DNA of 20,000 nt, from the IMG/VR virus record IMGVR_UViG_3300042386_000493; one strand, given 5' to 3'. Numbering within the stretch: the first letter of the stretch is position 1; each line of letters opens with the position of its first letter. The translations under genes and the position numbers were made by a program. Below the pieces are notes generated by a model. The model saw only the letters and a program-made list of their open reading frames with translations, did no database searches and was not told the DNA's origin. Source of the stretch: an uncultured virus (IMG/VR IMGVR_UViG_3300042386_000493). Its lineage: Duplodnaviria; Heunggongvirae; Uroviricota; Caudoviricetes. Of the stretch, positions 1-8,565 are shown piece by piece.

Positions 1-20
1 ATATCTCCTAAGTTAAGCAT
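1..20 (-). CDS. 5' end of the next structural-module gene (MLNLGD...), truncated by the window edge
   Basis: ATG at 20..18 lies 18 nt after the stop of the upstream gene, with an A/T-rich leader, and the frame is open to the edge. Only 6 codons are visible. Confidence 0.45.
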
Positions 21-38
21 TATATCTAGTCTTTATTT

Positions 39-2309
39 TTAATACTGTCTGTAAGCAAAACCGTCAACAGCATAGAAGGTGTTAGTAAAGGCAACCCCTG
101 AACCTACAACGTTAATGACGGTTGGGGTATTAAACGGAAGCAAGGTAGTTGGGTCGATAGTGAAGTCTCCTATCACCGCTAACGAGCCGCCAATATTAAC
201 TGTGCCCCCTATCTTCCAAGTCAAATCGGCTGAGATGTAGCACATATTAAGCTGTATGTCATATGCGTTATTGCCAACAGCCACACCGAATATAGTCGTG
301 TTAATATTTGTGTTAACCAACTTAATCACATCTGCTGGGTCTGTAGATGTTCCCTTTATATTAAACTTGTAAACTATTTTTTCACCTAGCCAGTCGGCTG
401 GAATAAATAAATTTACAGCGGCGGGAGAGGACTCATCAACATAAAAACCTAGCAATCTAAACTTATTCAAACCGTTAACCGTAGCCGTTAAAGTGTTTAC
501 CTCGTTTGTCAGGTCTAATAAATTATTATACAAGTTTGAAATAACCGTTTGAATGTCGGTAAGCCAAGCGTTGATTAAATTTATTTGATTCCCTAAGCTA
601 GTCACCTCGTTAAGTATAGTAGCGATGACATCCCAAATAGCTTGAATATCATCAAGGTATGTGCTAGGTGTTAATGACGCTAAAAATAATTGAAGTTCGT
701 CTATTGCGTCTTGAATATCACTAGCTGCATTTTGAGATTGAGTTAAATACGTAGCAATGTTTATCGTGTATTGAGAATATTCGGGGAAGTCCGCAATGAA
801 CGCATCAAGCAACGCTACTATTCCATTTAAATCCGTTACGACAAATCCAAACGAAACTTCTAAGGCGTCCGCCCAAACCTCTAATTGGTCAACATCATCC
901 GCAAATGTTGAAGACGTTGGGTCTAGCGCTAGAGCCGCTGATTGTATTTGAGTTACTTGCGCTAAAATACCAAGAAGGTCTGCATCGTATGAGGCAATAG
1001 CGGCAATAATAATATTGTAAGCCTCTAGCGCATCCGCATTCTCTTGAACCGCATTGCCAAGTCCGAGAACTTGAAGGCTTAAATTGTCTATTTCCTCTTG
1101 AAGTTGAGTAATAATAGAAGTCGCATCTAAATTACTATTATCAACCCAGTAAGGGACGTCTTGATTCTCATCGCAACAACCACAACTACATTGACCGCTT
1201 TCATTAAGCACAGACTCTAGTTGAGCCACGGTTGCAGCATACATAGCGTTGTTACCGCAAGTCTTGTACTCTTTAGCCAAAGCGTATAATTGAAGAACAA
1301 GTAATATAAGGCTATTTAAACCGCTATCTTGACCTTTTATATAAGAGGCATTAAACTTATCCTTTAAACTTTCAATACAAGGTGTCAATCCACACAATGT
1401 GCCAACGCAAGTAACCAACGTTTCTCCCGTGTCTCTTACTTGATAAGTATAAACTAGACCGTCGCTTTGCGTCACACTCATATTCAAAACAAGGACGTGA
1501 GTCCAAGTGCCTACCGCTAATTCAGAAAATGTAAGGCTATTTGATGTTGTTGTTTGAGGATTTGTTGCTGGAGCTGGATACAATCCATTTGGATAATAAC
1601 CACTTAAATCTCTTGAAATAACTGTTTGACCGTTTAAAGCCGTACTGTCTTGAAAAACAATACTACCAAATTGTGTGCTTTCACAATCATAAGTAACCGT
1701 AACCGATGGAGTAACTAAATTACATCCGTTAAACGTGTAAGTAGACCCCGCGAAGTTAGCCCGTGTTACATCAAATGAATAAGTACCCGTCGCAATCGCT
1801 TCGTTCACCAAAGTTGTTTGTGTCACTACAATGGTTGAATTATCAAGACCTTCATCAAACGCCGCAGTAGATACGGTGAATGTACCGTTATTCGCCGCTT
1901 GCGTATTAGCCGTAGTTACCAAGCTATCTCCCGCGATTAGCACTCTTCCCGCATTGGTAAACTCTAGTTCAAAAGTAGAAGTAGTGGCTACCGAGTTAAC
2001 AACACCCGCCGTGATGGCGTAGCGTAATGAGTATGTGAACGAGTAAGTCCCGTTCAAAATCTCTCCGTTAGAATCTAATGGCAAGTTAAACCAAGCACTT
2101 GTTGTTGTAGAAGCAAGGTTTACTAGCGGTGAACCTACCGTGCTGCCGTTGACAATTATTGCCCCCGTTGGACTATAAACATTTCCTAGTCCTTTTGCTG
2201 AAAGTTGAGACAAAACTATACCCTCTGCGGTATAATTACTAGCGTCTACTATTCGACCTTTCTTGGTAGTGTTGTTGATTTCGAGATATACGTTTGCCGT
2301 AAGTGCCAT
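39..2309 (-). CDS. Large virion structural protein (fibre/spike-like): T/S/G-rich beta-type N-terminal half, Cys cluster, long acidic coiled coil, C-terminal globular domain
   Basis: Long ORF downstream of the capsid genes, with heptad-like helix at about 465-1125. Start moved from 2339 (track) to the ATG at 2309 (MALTANVYL) because a TATATTTG promoter box lies at 2328-2335. Confidence 0.6.
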   Translation of the reverse strand: MALTANVYLEINNTTKKGRIVDASNYTAEGIVLSQLSAKGLGNVYSPTGAIIVNGSTVGSPLVNLASTTTSAWFNLPLDSNGEILNGTYSFTYSLRYAITAGVVNSVATTSTFELEFTNAGRVLIAGDSLVTTANTQAANNGTFTVSTAAFDEGLDNSTIVVTQTTLVNEAIATGTYSFDVTRANFAGSTYTFNGCNLVTPSVTVTYDCESTQFGSIVFQDSTALNGQTVISRDLSGYYPNGLYPAPATNPQTTTSNSLTFSELAVGTWTHVLVLNMSVTQSDGLVYTYQVRDTGETLVTCVGTLCGLTPCIESLKDKFNASYIKGQDSGLNSLILLVLQLYALAKEYKTCGNNAMYAATVAQLESVLNESGQCSCGCCDENQDVPYWVDNSNLDATSIITQLQEEIDNLSLQVLGLGNAVQENADALEAYNIIIAAIASYDADLLGILAQVTQIQSAALALDPTSSTFADDVDQLEVWADALEVSFGFVVTDLNGIVALLDAFIADFPEYSQYTINIATYLTQSQNAASDIQDAIDELQLFLASLTPSTYLDDIQAIWDVIATILNEVTSLGNQINLINAWLTDIQTVISNLYNNLLDLTNEVNTLTATVNGLNKFRLLGFYVDESSPAAVNLFIPADWLGEKIVYKFNIKGTSTDPADVIKLVNTNINTTIFGVAVGNNAYDIQLNMCYISADLTWKIGGTVNIGGSLAVIGDFTIDPTTLLPFNTPTVINVVGSGVAFTNTFYAVDGFAYRQY

Positions 2310-2327
2310 CTTATGATAATTTGATAG

Positions 2328-2360
2328 CAAATATAACACAATTTTAGTTAAGAAAACAAA
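2328..2360 (-). promoter_or_regulatory. Bacteroidota sigma-A promoter TTTG-N21-TATATTTG
   Basis: -7 box at 2335..2328 and TTTG at 2360..2357; the box ends 18 nt before the ATG at 2309. Confidence 0.75.
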
Positions 2361-2386
2361 AACCCCTCGAACTTAATCAAGGGGCT
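2353..2386 (-). terminator. Intrinsic terminator
   Basis: Minus strand CCCCTTGA-TTAAGT-TCGAGGGG followed by TTTTTGTTTT. Confidence 0.8.
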
Positions 2387-2428
2387 TTGACAATAACACA
2401 ATTTAACTTAACACTTTTTAAACCGAGA

Positions 2429-2460
2429 CAAACATAAGGACAAATATCTTATTCCTCCAA
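2429..2460 (-). promoter_or_regulatory. Possible sigma-A promoter TTG-N21-TATGTTTG firing into a terminator about 70 nt away
   Basis: -7 box at 2436..2429 and TTG at 2460..2458; no ORF between it and the terminator. Confidence 0.45.
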
Positions 2461-3477
2461 GCCTTTAGCATTTTTTAACGCTTCAATACGGCTTAGGTAA
2501 GTTTCTCCCGTATTCAAGTCCAAACACACCTCGTACACGTCATTCTTTCCTTGTGCTGGTTTTAGTTGTGGTTGAAACGATAGTATCGCTTGTTTAGTTG
2601 GGTCGTAAGTGAACGTATGGGTGTCGGCATCATAGCCAACGTTAGTTCCCGATACGATACCAACCGCAGTTGCTCTAAAGTCAGACTTAGAAGGAATACG
2701 AACTGTTCCCGCTTCTCCAAAGTTTCCTTCACTCAACCATTGTGGAGTACCAACAAGTTCGTGTTCATTATACAACACCCAATCTACTACGAAGTCTTGC
2801 CCCGACTTGCCAAATGGGAATATCAAGCTACCGAAATTATACTTGGTGAAACTCTTTCCGTTTACCAAAACGTCTGCAAACGCTTCTCCGTTCTCTACCT
2901 TTAGCGTAGAGAAGATATTAGCTATGTGGGTATTTGTATCTACCTTAACACCGTTCCATACCCATCCTAATCCGTTCAACCACTTAATAACATCTCCTTC
3001 GGGTGAGCCTAATTTCTCCGCTATTTGAGCTGAATTGTAAGTGCTTTCAAGAGTAGTTGTTACTCCGTTAGTTCGCATAGAAGTAGTAAACGTTTTAGAA
3101 CGGATACCGTTGTCGATAGTCATTATGAACTTATCGCCAATATCCAATCGCATCTTAGTTCCATCTCCCTTTACGAAAATAAAAGCATCTCCGTCTTTAC
3201 CGTCATACGAGTAACCGTAATCTAGTGTGTAAAAGGCAATCATATTGAGAAGCCCAATACCAAAGACACCGTTGGAAAATGAATGAGATAGGTTATCCAC
3301 CCATATTTTTTCACTTTTAGTAATGGTTCGGTTAGGAATAGTCGGGTGAGGAACTTTAGATGTAACTACCTTTGCGGTTACGCGGTTAGTAATTTTATGT
3401 TCTTCTTTGTTGGTAATAACCTTATCTATTGCAAGGTCGTACAATTCTTGTGGAATTTTTAATAGTTCAGCGCTCAT
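2449..3477 (-). CDS. Hypothetical protein, probably virion or fibre associated
   Basis: 342-aa ORF with an A-rich start context, in tandem after the fibre gene pair. No motif recognised. Confidence 0.6.
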   Translation of the reverse strand: MSAELLKIPQELYDLAIDKVITNKEEHKITNRVTAKVVTSKVPHPTIPNRTITKSEKIWVDNLSHSFSNGVFGIGLLNMIAFYTLDYGYSYDGKDGDAFIFVKGDGTKMRLDIGDKFIMTIDNGIRSKTFTTSMRTNGVTTTLESTYNSAQIAEKLGSPEGDVIKWLNGLGWVWNGVKVDTNTHIANIFSTLKVENGEAFADVLVNGKSFTKYNFGSLIFPFGKSGQDFVVDWVLYNEHELVGTPQWLSEGNFGEAGTVRIPSKSDFRATAVGIVSGTNVGYDADTHTFTYDPTKQAILSFQPQLKPAQGKNDVYEVCLDLNTGETYLSRIEALKNAKGLEE

Positions 3478-3491
3478 TTTATTTTAAGTAA

Positions 3492-3767
3492 TTAAATTTC
3501 ATTTGGTGGTATTTCCAAGTCAGGTATAGGCTCTAAAATATCTACACCCTTTACAATCGCGTTGTACTGTGCAAGGGTAAGGGTCGTGGTGTCTTCCGTC
3601 CCTACAAAGGTTTTAGAGTAGATTAAGTACATCTGCTGTTGTACTATCAACTTAGTGTCTTGCAAACTTGCGGCATAGTCAACGTCCTCACATTTTTGAG
3701 TGATGGATATAACCGCTTTCTTAGAGTCGTCGTCGTTAAACGTATATGTGTATTTGTAGTATATCAT
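3492..3767 (-). CDS. Small hypothetical protein, possibly a fibre assembly chaperone
   Basis: 91 aa with an ATGA overlap with the fibre stop codon. Function inferred from position only. Confidence 0.55.
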   Translation of the reverse strand: MIYYKYTYTFNDDDSKKAVISITQKCEDVDYAASLQDTKLIVQQQMYLIYSKTFVGTEDTTTLTLAQYNAIVKGVDILEPIPDLEIPPNEI

Positions 3768-6058
3768 CGTATTAAATTAAAAGATTCGCCACACCAATCA
3801 ACTGATGCAGTCCTAAAGTTTGAAGTTCCTACTGTACCTGCCAATCTATAAAATGGAAGCCCTCCATAGTTACCCGTAACTCTTGTGAATCTATATGCAA
3901 ATGAGTAGGTTATACCGTCTGTTGAATAGAAGAAAATAGCATCACCGTTTGTAGATGTACTAAATATTCCTAGATAAATATAAGTATTGGCGGTAATGGG
4001 AACGGAGGTTGTTGTTAGTATAGTTAAAGCACCTACCGAATTTGTAATTCTGATATTCCAGAAAGCAGGAGTCACACCACCTGATGCAAATGTTGGCATC
4101 TCCCACATTAAACCAAATTGCCCTCCCGATACTAAAGACGATGCACAATTCAATCCAGCATTAAAATTAAAATCTTGTGCTGCTGTTGGCAGTGTGACAA
4201 TTTTTGTTTTTGTTACCCATAGTTGAGGGCATAAACCATTAACACCAAATATCGAACTTGCTCCAGTTCTTCTATAATCTACACTTGCATATAAAAATCC
4301 AGTAGCTGTTGTCCCTGCTGTAAGTAGCATTACGCCCCAAGCAGTTGATGTGTCTCCACTAGAAAGTAAACCCGCACCTGTACTTCCCGCTCCCACTACT
4401 CCATAAAACATTTTAGTTGCCTGAGAACCTGCGGTTGGGTTGAGATTTTCAAAGTCATCATAGAAATCAAAGCCGCCTTGATTTGGGTGGGTGTTAAATT
4501 GAGCCCATCTTGTTCCCGTGTAGAGAAATGTTATCTCTCTTTCAGGCATTAAGAAGTAAGGAGACTTTTGAGCCAACTTAAATCTATTAGCGGCGGTAGA
4601 CGTGGTAGCTTCATTCTCAATAATAACAAGATTATTTGTTGAACTATTTACTATTGTAACTATCTTACCCGCCGACGGATTTGCTAGTCCACCTATACTT
4701 ATAATATTGTTTGTGTTGTTCGGGGTAAAATCAATAACTTTAATTGTACTTGCCGACCAACCAGTCGGAGACCAATTGTCCTCCCGCGCATTAGTGCTTG
4801 TTACTGAAATTAAAGACAAATTAACGTTGGGTACATCCTCGTTTGACCACACCCCAACCACCGAGTCATACAAAAGAGTTTGACCCGTTGACGGGGACGA
4901 TATAAGGACATTATGAAGTTCGTCTAACTCATAGCCGTTGTCTACCTTTACAAATATTTTTCCGTGAATTGCGTGGGCGTACTCCACGTACCCCACAATG
5001 ACAGAGTGCTGCGGCGCCGTCGGCTTAACGTTGGTGATGGCGCCAGCCGTTGTTGGAGAAAGATAAAGAACTTGACCGTCCACCCAAGTCTCTCCCTGTA
5101 AAGAGCCCGTGGTGTTGATTTCTTTTACCTGCCCCAACACGGTAATAAAACCTTCTTGATTTCCAAGGATAGTCTCGGTAACTATACCAAGAGTACCCGC
5201 CGAGTTAGCGTCGTTATTCCCCTGTGCAAGCCTAACCGATAGTCTTTGACCCGTGGCGCCAGTAACTAGCACCACTTGATAATTAGCTTCTAATAAATCT
5301 ATGAGCGGGGTCGTCTTGTTGACCACCCTTGCCACTTGCTCTTGTCCAATTTGAAGCGTCACGTTGTTACCCTTCAACCTCAAATCCATCGTGCCGTCGG
5401 TATCGTTCCATCGCATTCTACCCACTTGTAAGGCGTTAGTAGGGGTTAGGTCGGCTTGAAAAAAATCTGACGTGATACCGTGAGTACCCAAGTCAACATC
5501 ACCCGTTGCGCCCGTATAAGGCACAAAACTTCCACCTCCACCGCCAATTTGAACATAAGCCGCGCCGTCCCATAAGAACAAAGCGGGAGTAGCCATATCA
5601 ACGTACAACGTTTCTACAATTCCAGTTGCGGGAAAACTTGCCTCGTCCGCATACCACAAAATACTATCCGTACTCGTATTGCAACAACCAACAAAAATAT
5701 TACCCACCAAATACTCATACGCATCTCTCACCTTGGTGAGATAAGTATTCATATCGTAGTCAGGTTGAGTTAGTGCCGTATAAGGTTTGCCGTCAATATC
5801 CGTCAAGCCTATTACCGTAAACTTGTAGAACGAACTATTAAATCCCATTGGAGTATTAGACGCCCCGCTTTGGTTAGGTACGCTCGTCCCTCCACCATCT
5901 TGTATTACATAAATATACCCTCCGCTATACTGCATTTGTATTTGGGAGGTTTCGCTTAGACCTAATACACAAACACCGTCGGCATCAAAAAATAACACAC
6001 GACCTTTTGCCGATTTGCTAATAGTAGCTATATCCGATTCTAGTTGCTGGAAGTACAT
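3764..6058 (-). CDS. Tail fibre / receptor-binding-like modular protein
   Basis: G/T/S/N-rich 764 aa with fibre-like modules seen in Bacteroidota phage proteins (SFPATG...YVD...WDGAAYV, FVPYTGATGDVDLG, ELDELHNV.I.SP..GQ.L.Y....W.N) and a beta-rich C-terminal domain. Confidence 0.7.
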   Translation of the reverse strand: MYFQQLESDIATISKSAKGRVLFFDADGVCVLGLSETSQIQMQYSGGYIYVIQDGGGTSVPNQSGASNTPMGFNSSFYKFTVIGLTDIDGKPYTALTQPDYDMNTYLTKVRDAYEYLVGNIFVGCCNTSTDSILWYADEASFPATGIVETLYVDMATPALFLWDGAAYVQIGGGGGSFVPYTGATGDVDLGTHGITSDFFQADLTPTNALQVGRMRWNDTDGTMDLRLKGNNVTLQIGQEQVARVVNKTTPLIDLLEANYQVVLVTGATGQRLSVRLAQGNNDANSAGTLGIVTETILGNQEGFITVLGQVKEINTTGSLQGETWVDGQVLYLSPTTAGAITNVKPTAPQHSVIVGYVEYAHAIHGKIFVKVDNGYELDELHNVLISSPSTGQTLLYDSVVGVWSNEDVPNVNLSLISVTSTNAREDNWSPTGWSASTIKVIDFTPNNTNNIISIGGLANPSAGKIVTIVNSSTNNLVIIENEATTSTAANRFKLAQKSPYFLMPEREITFLYTGTRWAQFNTHPNQGGFDFYDDFENLNPTAGSQATKMFYGVVGAGSTGAGLLSSGDTSTAWGVMLLTAGTTATGFLYASVDYRRTGASSIFGVNGLCPQLWVTKTKIVTLPTAAQDFNFNAGLNCASSLVSGGQFGLMWEMPTFASGGVTPAFWNIRITNSVGALTILTTTSVPITANTYIYLGIFSTSTNGDAIFFYSTDGITYSFAYRFTRVTGNYGGLPFYRLAGTVGTSNFRTASVDWCGESFNLIR

Positions 6059-6062
6059 TTAG

Positions 6063-6070
6063 CAAATTTA
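6063..6070 (-). promoter_or_regulatory. Sigma-A -7 box TAAATTTG, 4 nt before the ATG (possibly leaderless mRNA)
   Basis: Exact TAnnTTTG match directly after the terminator. No well-spaced -33 element is evident. Confidence 0.65.
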
Positions 6071-6071
6071 A

Positions 6072-6099
6072 CAAAAAAAGGGTAGCAACCGCCACCCTC
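6072..6099 (-). terminator. Intrinsic terminator
   Basis: AGGGTGGC-GGTT-GCTACCCT followed by a T-run on the minus strand. Confidence 0.85.
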
Positions 6100-6122
6100 T
6101 TTCATTATTATTTTACTAATTA

Positions 6123-7052
6123 TCAGTTCAAATACGACTTCAAAGTAGTTTCTTCGTTTGGTTGTGAGATAAGCCAATCAACTAAATGAGTGCGCTTTTC
6201 CCCCGCGTTATCTCCCGTAGCCAATACAAGCGTTCTTTCTTCGTTGTTTACCGAAGTAATCCACCACCCGTCTTTCTCTTTCAAAACCTTAGCTTTAACC
6301 AAGTCTTTTACTAGATTAATTAAGTCGTCAATCTTGTTTGAGCCATCACGAGCCGACAATGCTTCAATATTATTCTTAGCGTGTTCGTAGCGTTCACGGA
6401 ACTTATGAGCGTTTGTTTCAGAAGCGTAGTCATAAAGAGTTACGCGGTCATCTTCCTCTACTCCGATTGATGTCATACTCAATGCGTTGAACATTGATAA
6501 AATCCACTTGTAATCCTTACGAGTTCCTTCTACCAATAGTTCGTTAGCAAACGTAGCTTTCATTGAAATATCACTTGCCTTAGCTTTCGCTTTAACTGCT
6601 GGTATTTCAAATTGGTATCTTGCGCCTTCACGCTTTTGTTTACCGTTTGTAAACTCGTTAGAGTAGTAATATAGGAAGATAATCTTTTCTAAGTCTACCG
6701 TGCCGTCAATTACCATATCATCCTTTAATTCAAACCTACGGAGGTTATTGAATAGGTAGTTACCCGCCTTATCCGTTGAAGGAGGAGTCTTAGTATAAAC
6801 TACCTCTTTTCTAATACCGTCTTTAGGGTCTATAAACATAACCTTTGGGCTAGTCAAAGAAGGAGGGGTAGTGATACGGAAGTTGCGGACGGCGGTATCC
6901 GTTTGATTTGGAATAAATACGGGAGCAAACCTAACTATTGAGTTAGATAGCTTAATTCGAACACCATTAGTTTGGAAGTTAGGGAACAATCCCTCTAACT
7001 CCGCAATTTCGGTTTTGAAATCCGTTTTGCGTTTTTCTTCAATGTAAATCAT
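6123..7052 (-). CDS. Hypothetical protein following the major capsid gene
   Basis: 309-aa ORF with its own promoter and terminator. No motif recognised. Confidence 0.7.
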   Translation of the reverse strand: MIYIEEKRKTDFKTEIAELEGLFPNFQTNGVRIKLSNSIVRFAPVFIPNQTDTAVRNFRITTPPSLTSPKVMFIDPKDGIRKEVVYTKTPPSTDKAGNYLFNNLRRFELKDDMVIDGTVDLEKIIFLYYYSNEFTNGKQKREGARYQFEIPAVKAKAKASDISMKATFANELLVEGTRKDYKWILSMFNALSMTSIGVEEDDRVTLYDYASETNAHKFRERYEHAKNNIEALSARDGSNKIDDLINLVKDLVKAKVLKEKDGWWITSVNNEERTLVLATGDNAGEKRTHLVDWLISQPNEETTLKSYLN

Positions 7053-7076
7053 TTCTTTTGAGTTTTATTTATATGA

Positions 7077-7106
7077 CAAAGATAAGCAAAGTTACATTAA
7101 AACAAA
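7077..7106 (-). promoter_or_regulatory. Tandem sigma-A -7 boxes TAACTTTG (7094..7087) and TATCTTTG (7084..7077)
   Basis: Two exact TAnnTTTG matches 10 nt apart; TTTG at 7106..7103 is 18 nt upstream of the proximal box. Confidence 0.7.
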
Positions 7107-7135
7107 AAAGCTACCCCCGAAAGAGTAGCTTTTTT
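7104..7135 (-). terminator. Intrinsic terminator after the major capsid gene, potentially bidirectional
   Basis: AGCTACTCT-TTCG-GGGGTAGCT with T-runs on both strands. Confidence 0.9.
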
Positions 7136-7151
7136 AATATAGTTGGTTAGT

Positions 7152-8540
7152 TTATGACAATGATGCGTTGTAGAAGTATCCACATTGCTTGATTGCAAAG
7201 AAGTCAAGACCGAAGTGCGTCAAGTAGTTAGTCACACGGTTGTCAATGTCATTGGTTGGTGTTGGTGCATTCGCTCCAGTCTCCCAAATCTTGAACATAC
7301 GTGATTGACCGTTGTCGCCGTTTTCCGCGTAAGTCAACTCCATATTTCTACGCATTACACCCGTTGGGTCAGTCGCTTTACCCGAAGGCATAAAGTATGC
7401 AGTAGAACAGAATTGGTTGAACTCGTGGTCAAGACCGAACAATTCAGGGTCGTATGATACGTCGAACAAACGAAGGTTGAACGTCATACCCTCTAGTGTC
7501 AATGTTTGGTAGTCAAACGTTGCCATCAAGCCTTCACTCGCTTCACCCGCACCGAAAATCATTTCAGCAGAGTGACGACGAACCGCCTCAATGTTAGCGT
7601 TCTTAGTATAATCAAACAAAGCAGTTTGAAGTGGACGGTTCACGTTACGTGTCAACCAACCCATATAGTTGTTTGGAACAGCATTTGGCTTCAATACGTC
7701 AATCAAGTCCTTCATTGTGTCCAAATCAACACCCGCTTGAATGTCAATAGAGTTTGCTCTTGTTGCAAAGGTATCCATCATACCGCCCGTAGTTTGTGTA
7801 ACTCCAGACGCAGTTGATTCTTTACCCAAGATAAGCTGACCCATTGATTGCTTCAAGTGACGGAACTCCGCTTGTGTGCGTTGAACACCACCCCAATTAC
7901 CAACTACGTTTCCTAGTTCGTCAGTTTCAGGGTATAGTTTATCAACCGCAGCATCACCCGTAATCAAAGCAGATGTTTTTAGCTTTTGAAGTTTGAAAGA
8001 GTATTTAGTCCAAAAACTTGACTTAGCGTCGGGCTGACCCGTGTTTTCGCCATAAGCGTTGGTGTAAATACCGAATTTCTTACCCGCAGTTGGAACGGTA
8101 GCGGTTTGACCGTTAATCTCTTTCGCTTTAAAAGTGAAGTCAGTACCGTCGTCGGTTTTTGAATAAACTTCATAACGCTTGAAAGTTACAGGGTCAATAA
8201 TGAAATCACCTTCGTTCAAGTAGCAAGTACGAATACTTCCTACCACTTCGATTTGTGAAGTAGCAATCTTGAAGCCAAGTTCACTTCCCGCCGTACCCGC
8301 GTTTGCTTTAACCTCGATATAAGTATCGTAACGGTCTTCTTCAAAGTGGAAACCACCTTGTGCGTTACGGATTGCGCGAGTCGCTTGCATTCTCTTCAAT
8401 AGAAGGAACTCTTTAGCGAATTGGTCGCCATACTGATTGAACAGTTTTGTTTGAAAGTCAGGACGTACAAAGTCGGAAGCCGCTAAGATTCCCGATTGAG
8501 CGTACCCTGCTGTATTTGGTGCTACACTATTTGGTTGCAT
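7152..8540 (-). CDS. Major capsid protein (crAss-related type)
   Basis: 462 aa in the order terminase-portal-scaffold-MCP, with a strongly A-rich start and a strong terminator. The C-terminal strand pattern (DIDNRVTNYLTHFGL) is compatible with an HK97-fold capsid protein. Confidence 0.8.
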   Translation of the reverse strand: MQPNSVAPNTAGYAQSGILAASDFVRPDFQTKLFNQYGDQFAKEFLLLKRMQATRAIRNAQGGFHFEEDRYDTYIEVKANAGTAGSELGFKIATSQIEVVGSIRTCYLNEGDFIIDPVTFKRYEVYSKTDDGTDFTFKAKEINGQTATVPTAGKKFGIYTNAYGENTGQPDAKSSFWTKYSFKLQKLKTSALITGDAAVDKLYPETDELGNVVGNWGGVQRTQAEFRHLKQSMGQLILGKESTASGVTQTTGGMMDTFATRANSIDIQAGVDLDTMKDLIDVLKPNAVPNNYMGWLTRNVNRPLQTALFDYTKNANIEAVRRHSAEMIFGAGEASEGLMATFDYQTLTLEGMTFNLRLFDVSYDPELFGLDHEFNQFCSTAYFMPSGKATDPTGVMRRNMELTYAENGDNGQSRMFKIWETGANAPTPTNDIDNRVTNYLTHFGLDFFAIKQCGYFYNASLS

Positions 8541-8565
8541 TTTTTAATTTTTTTATTGGTTAGAA

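Noticed and set aside
3764..4400. Diversity-generating retroelement target at the fibre C-terminus
   Set aside because: No reverse transcriptase and no template/variable repeat pair was seen in this window.
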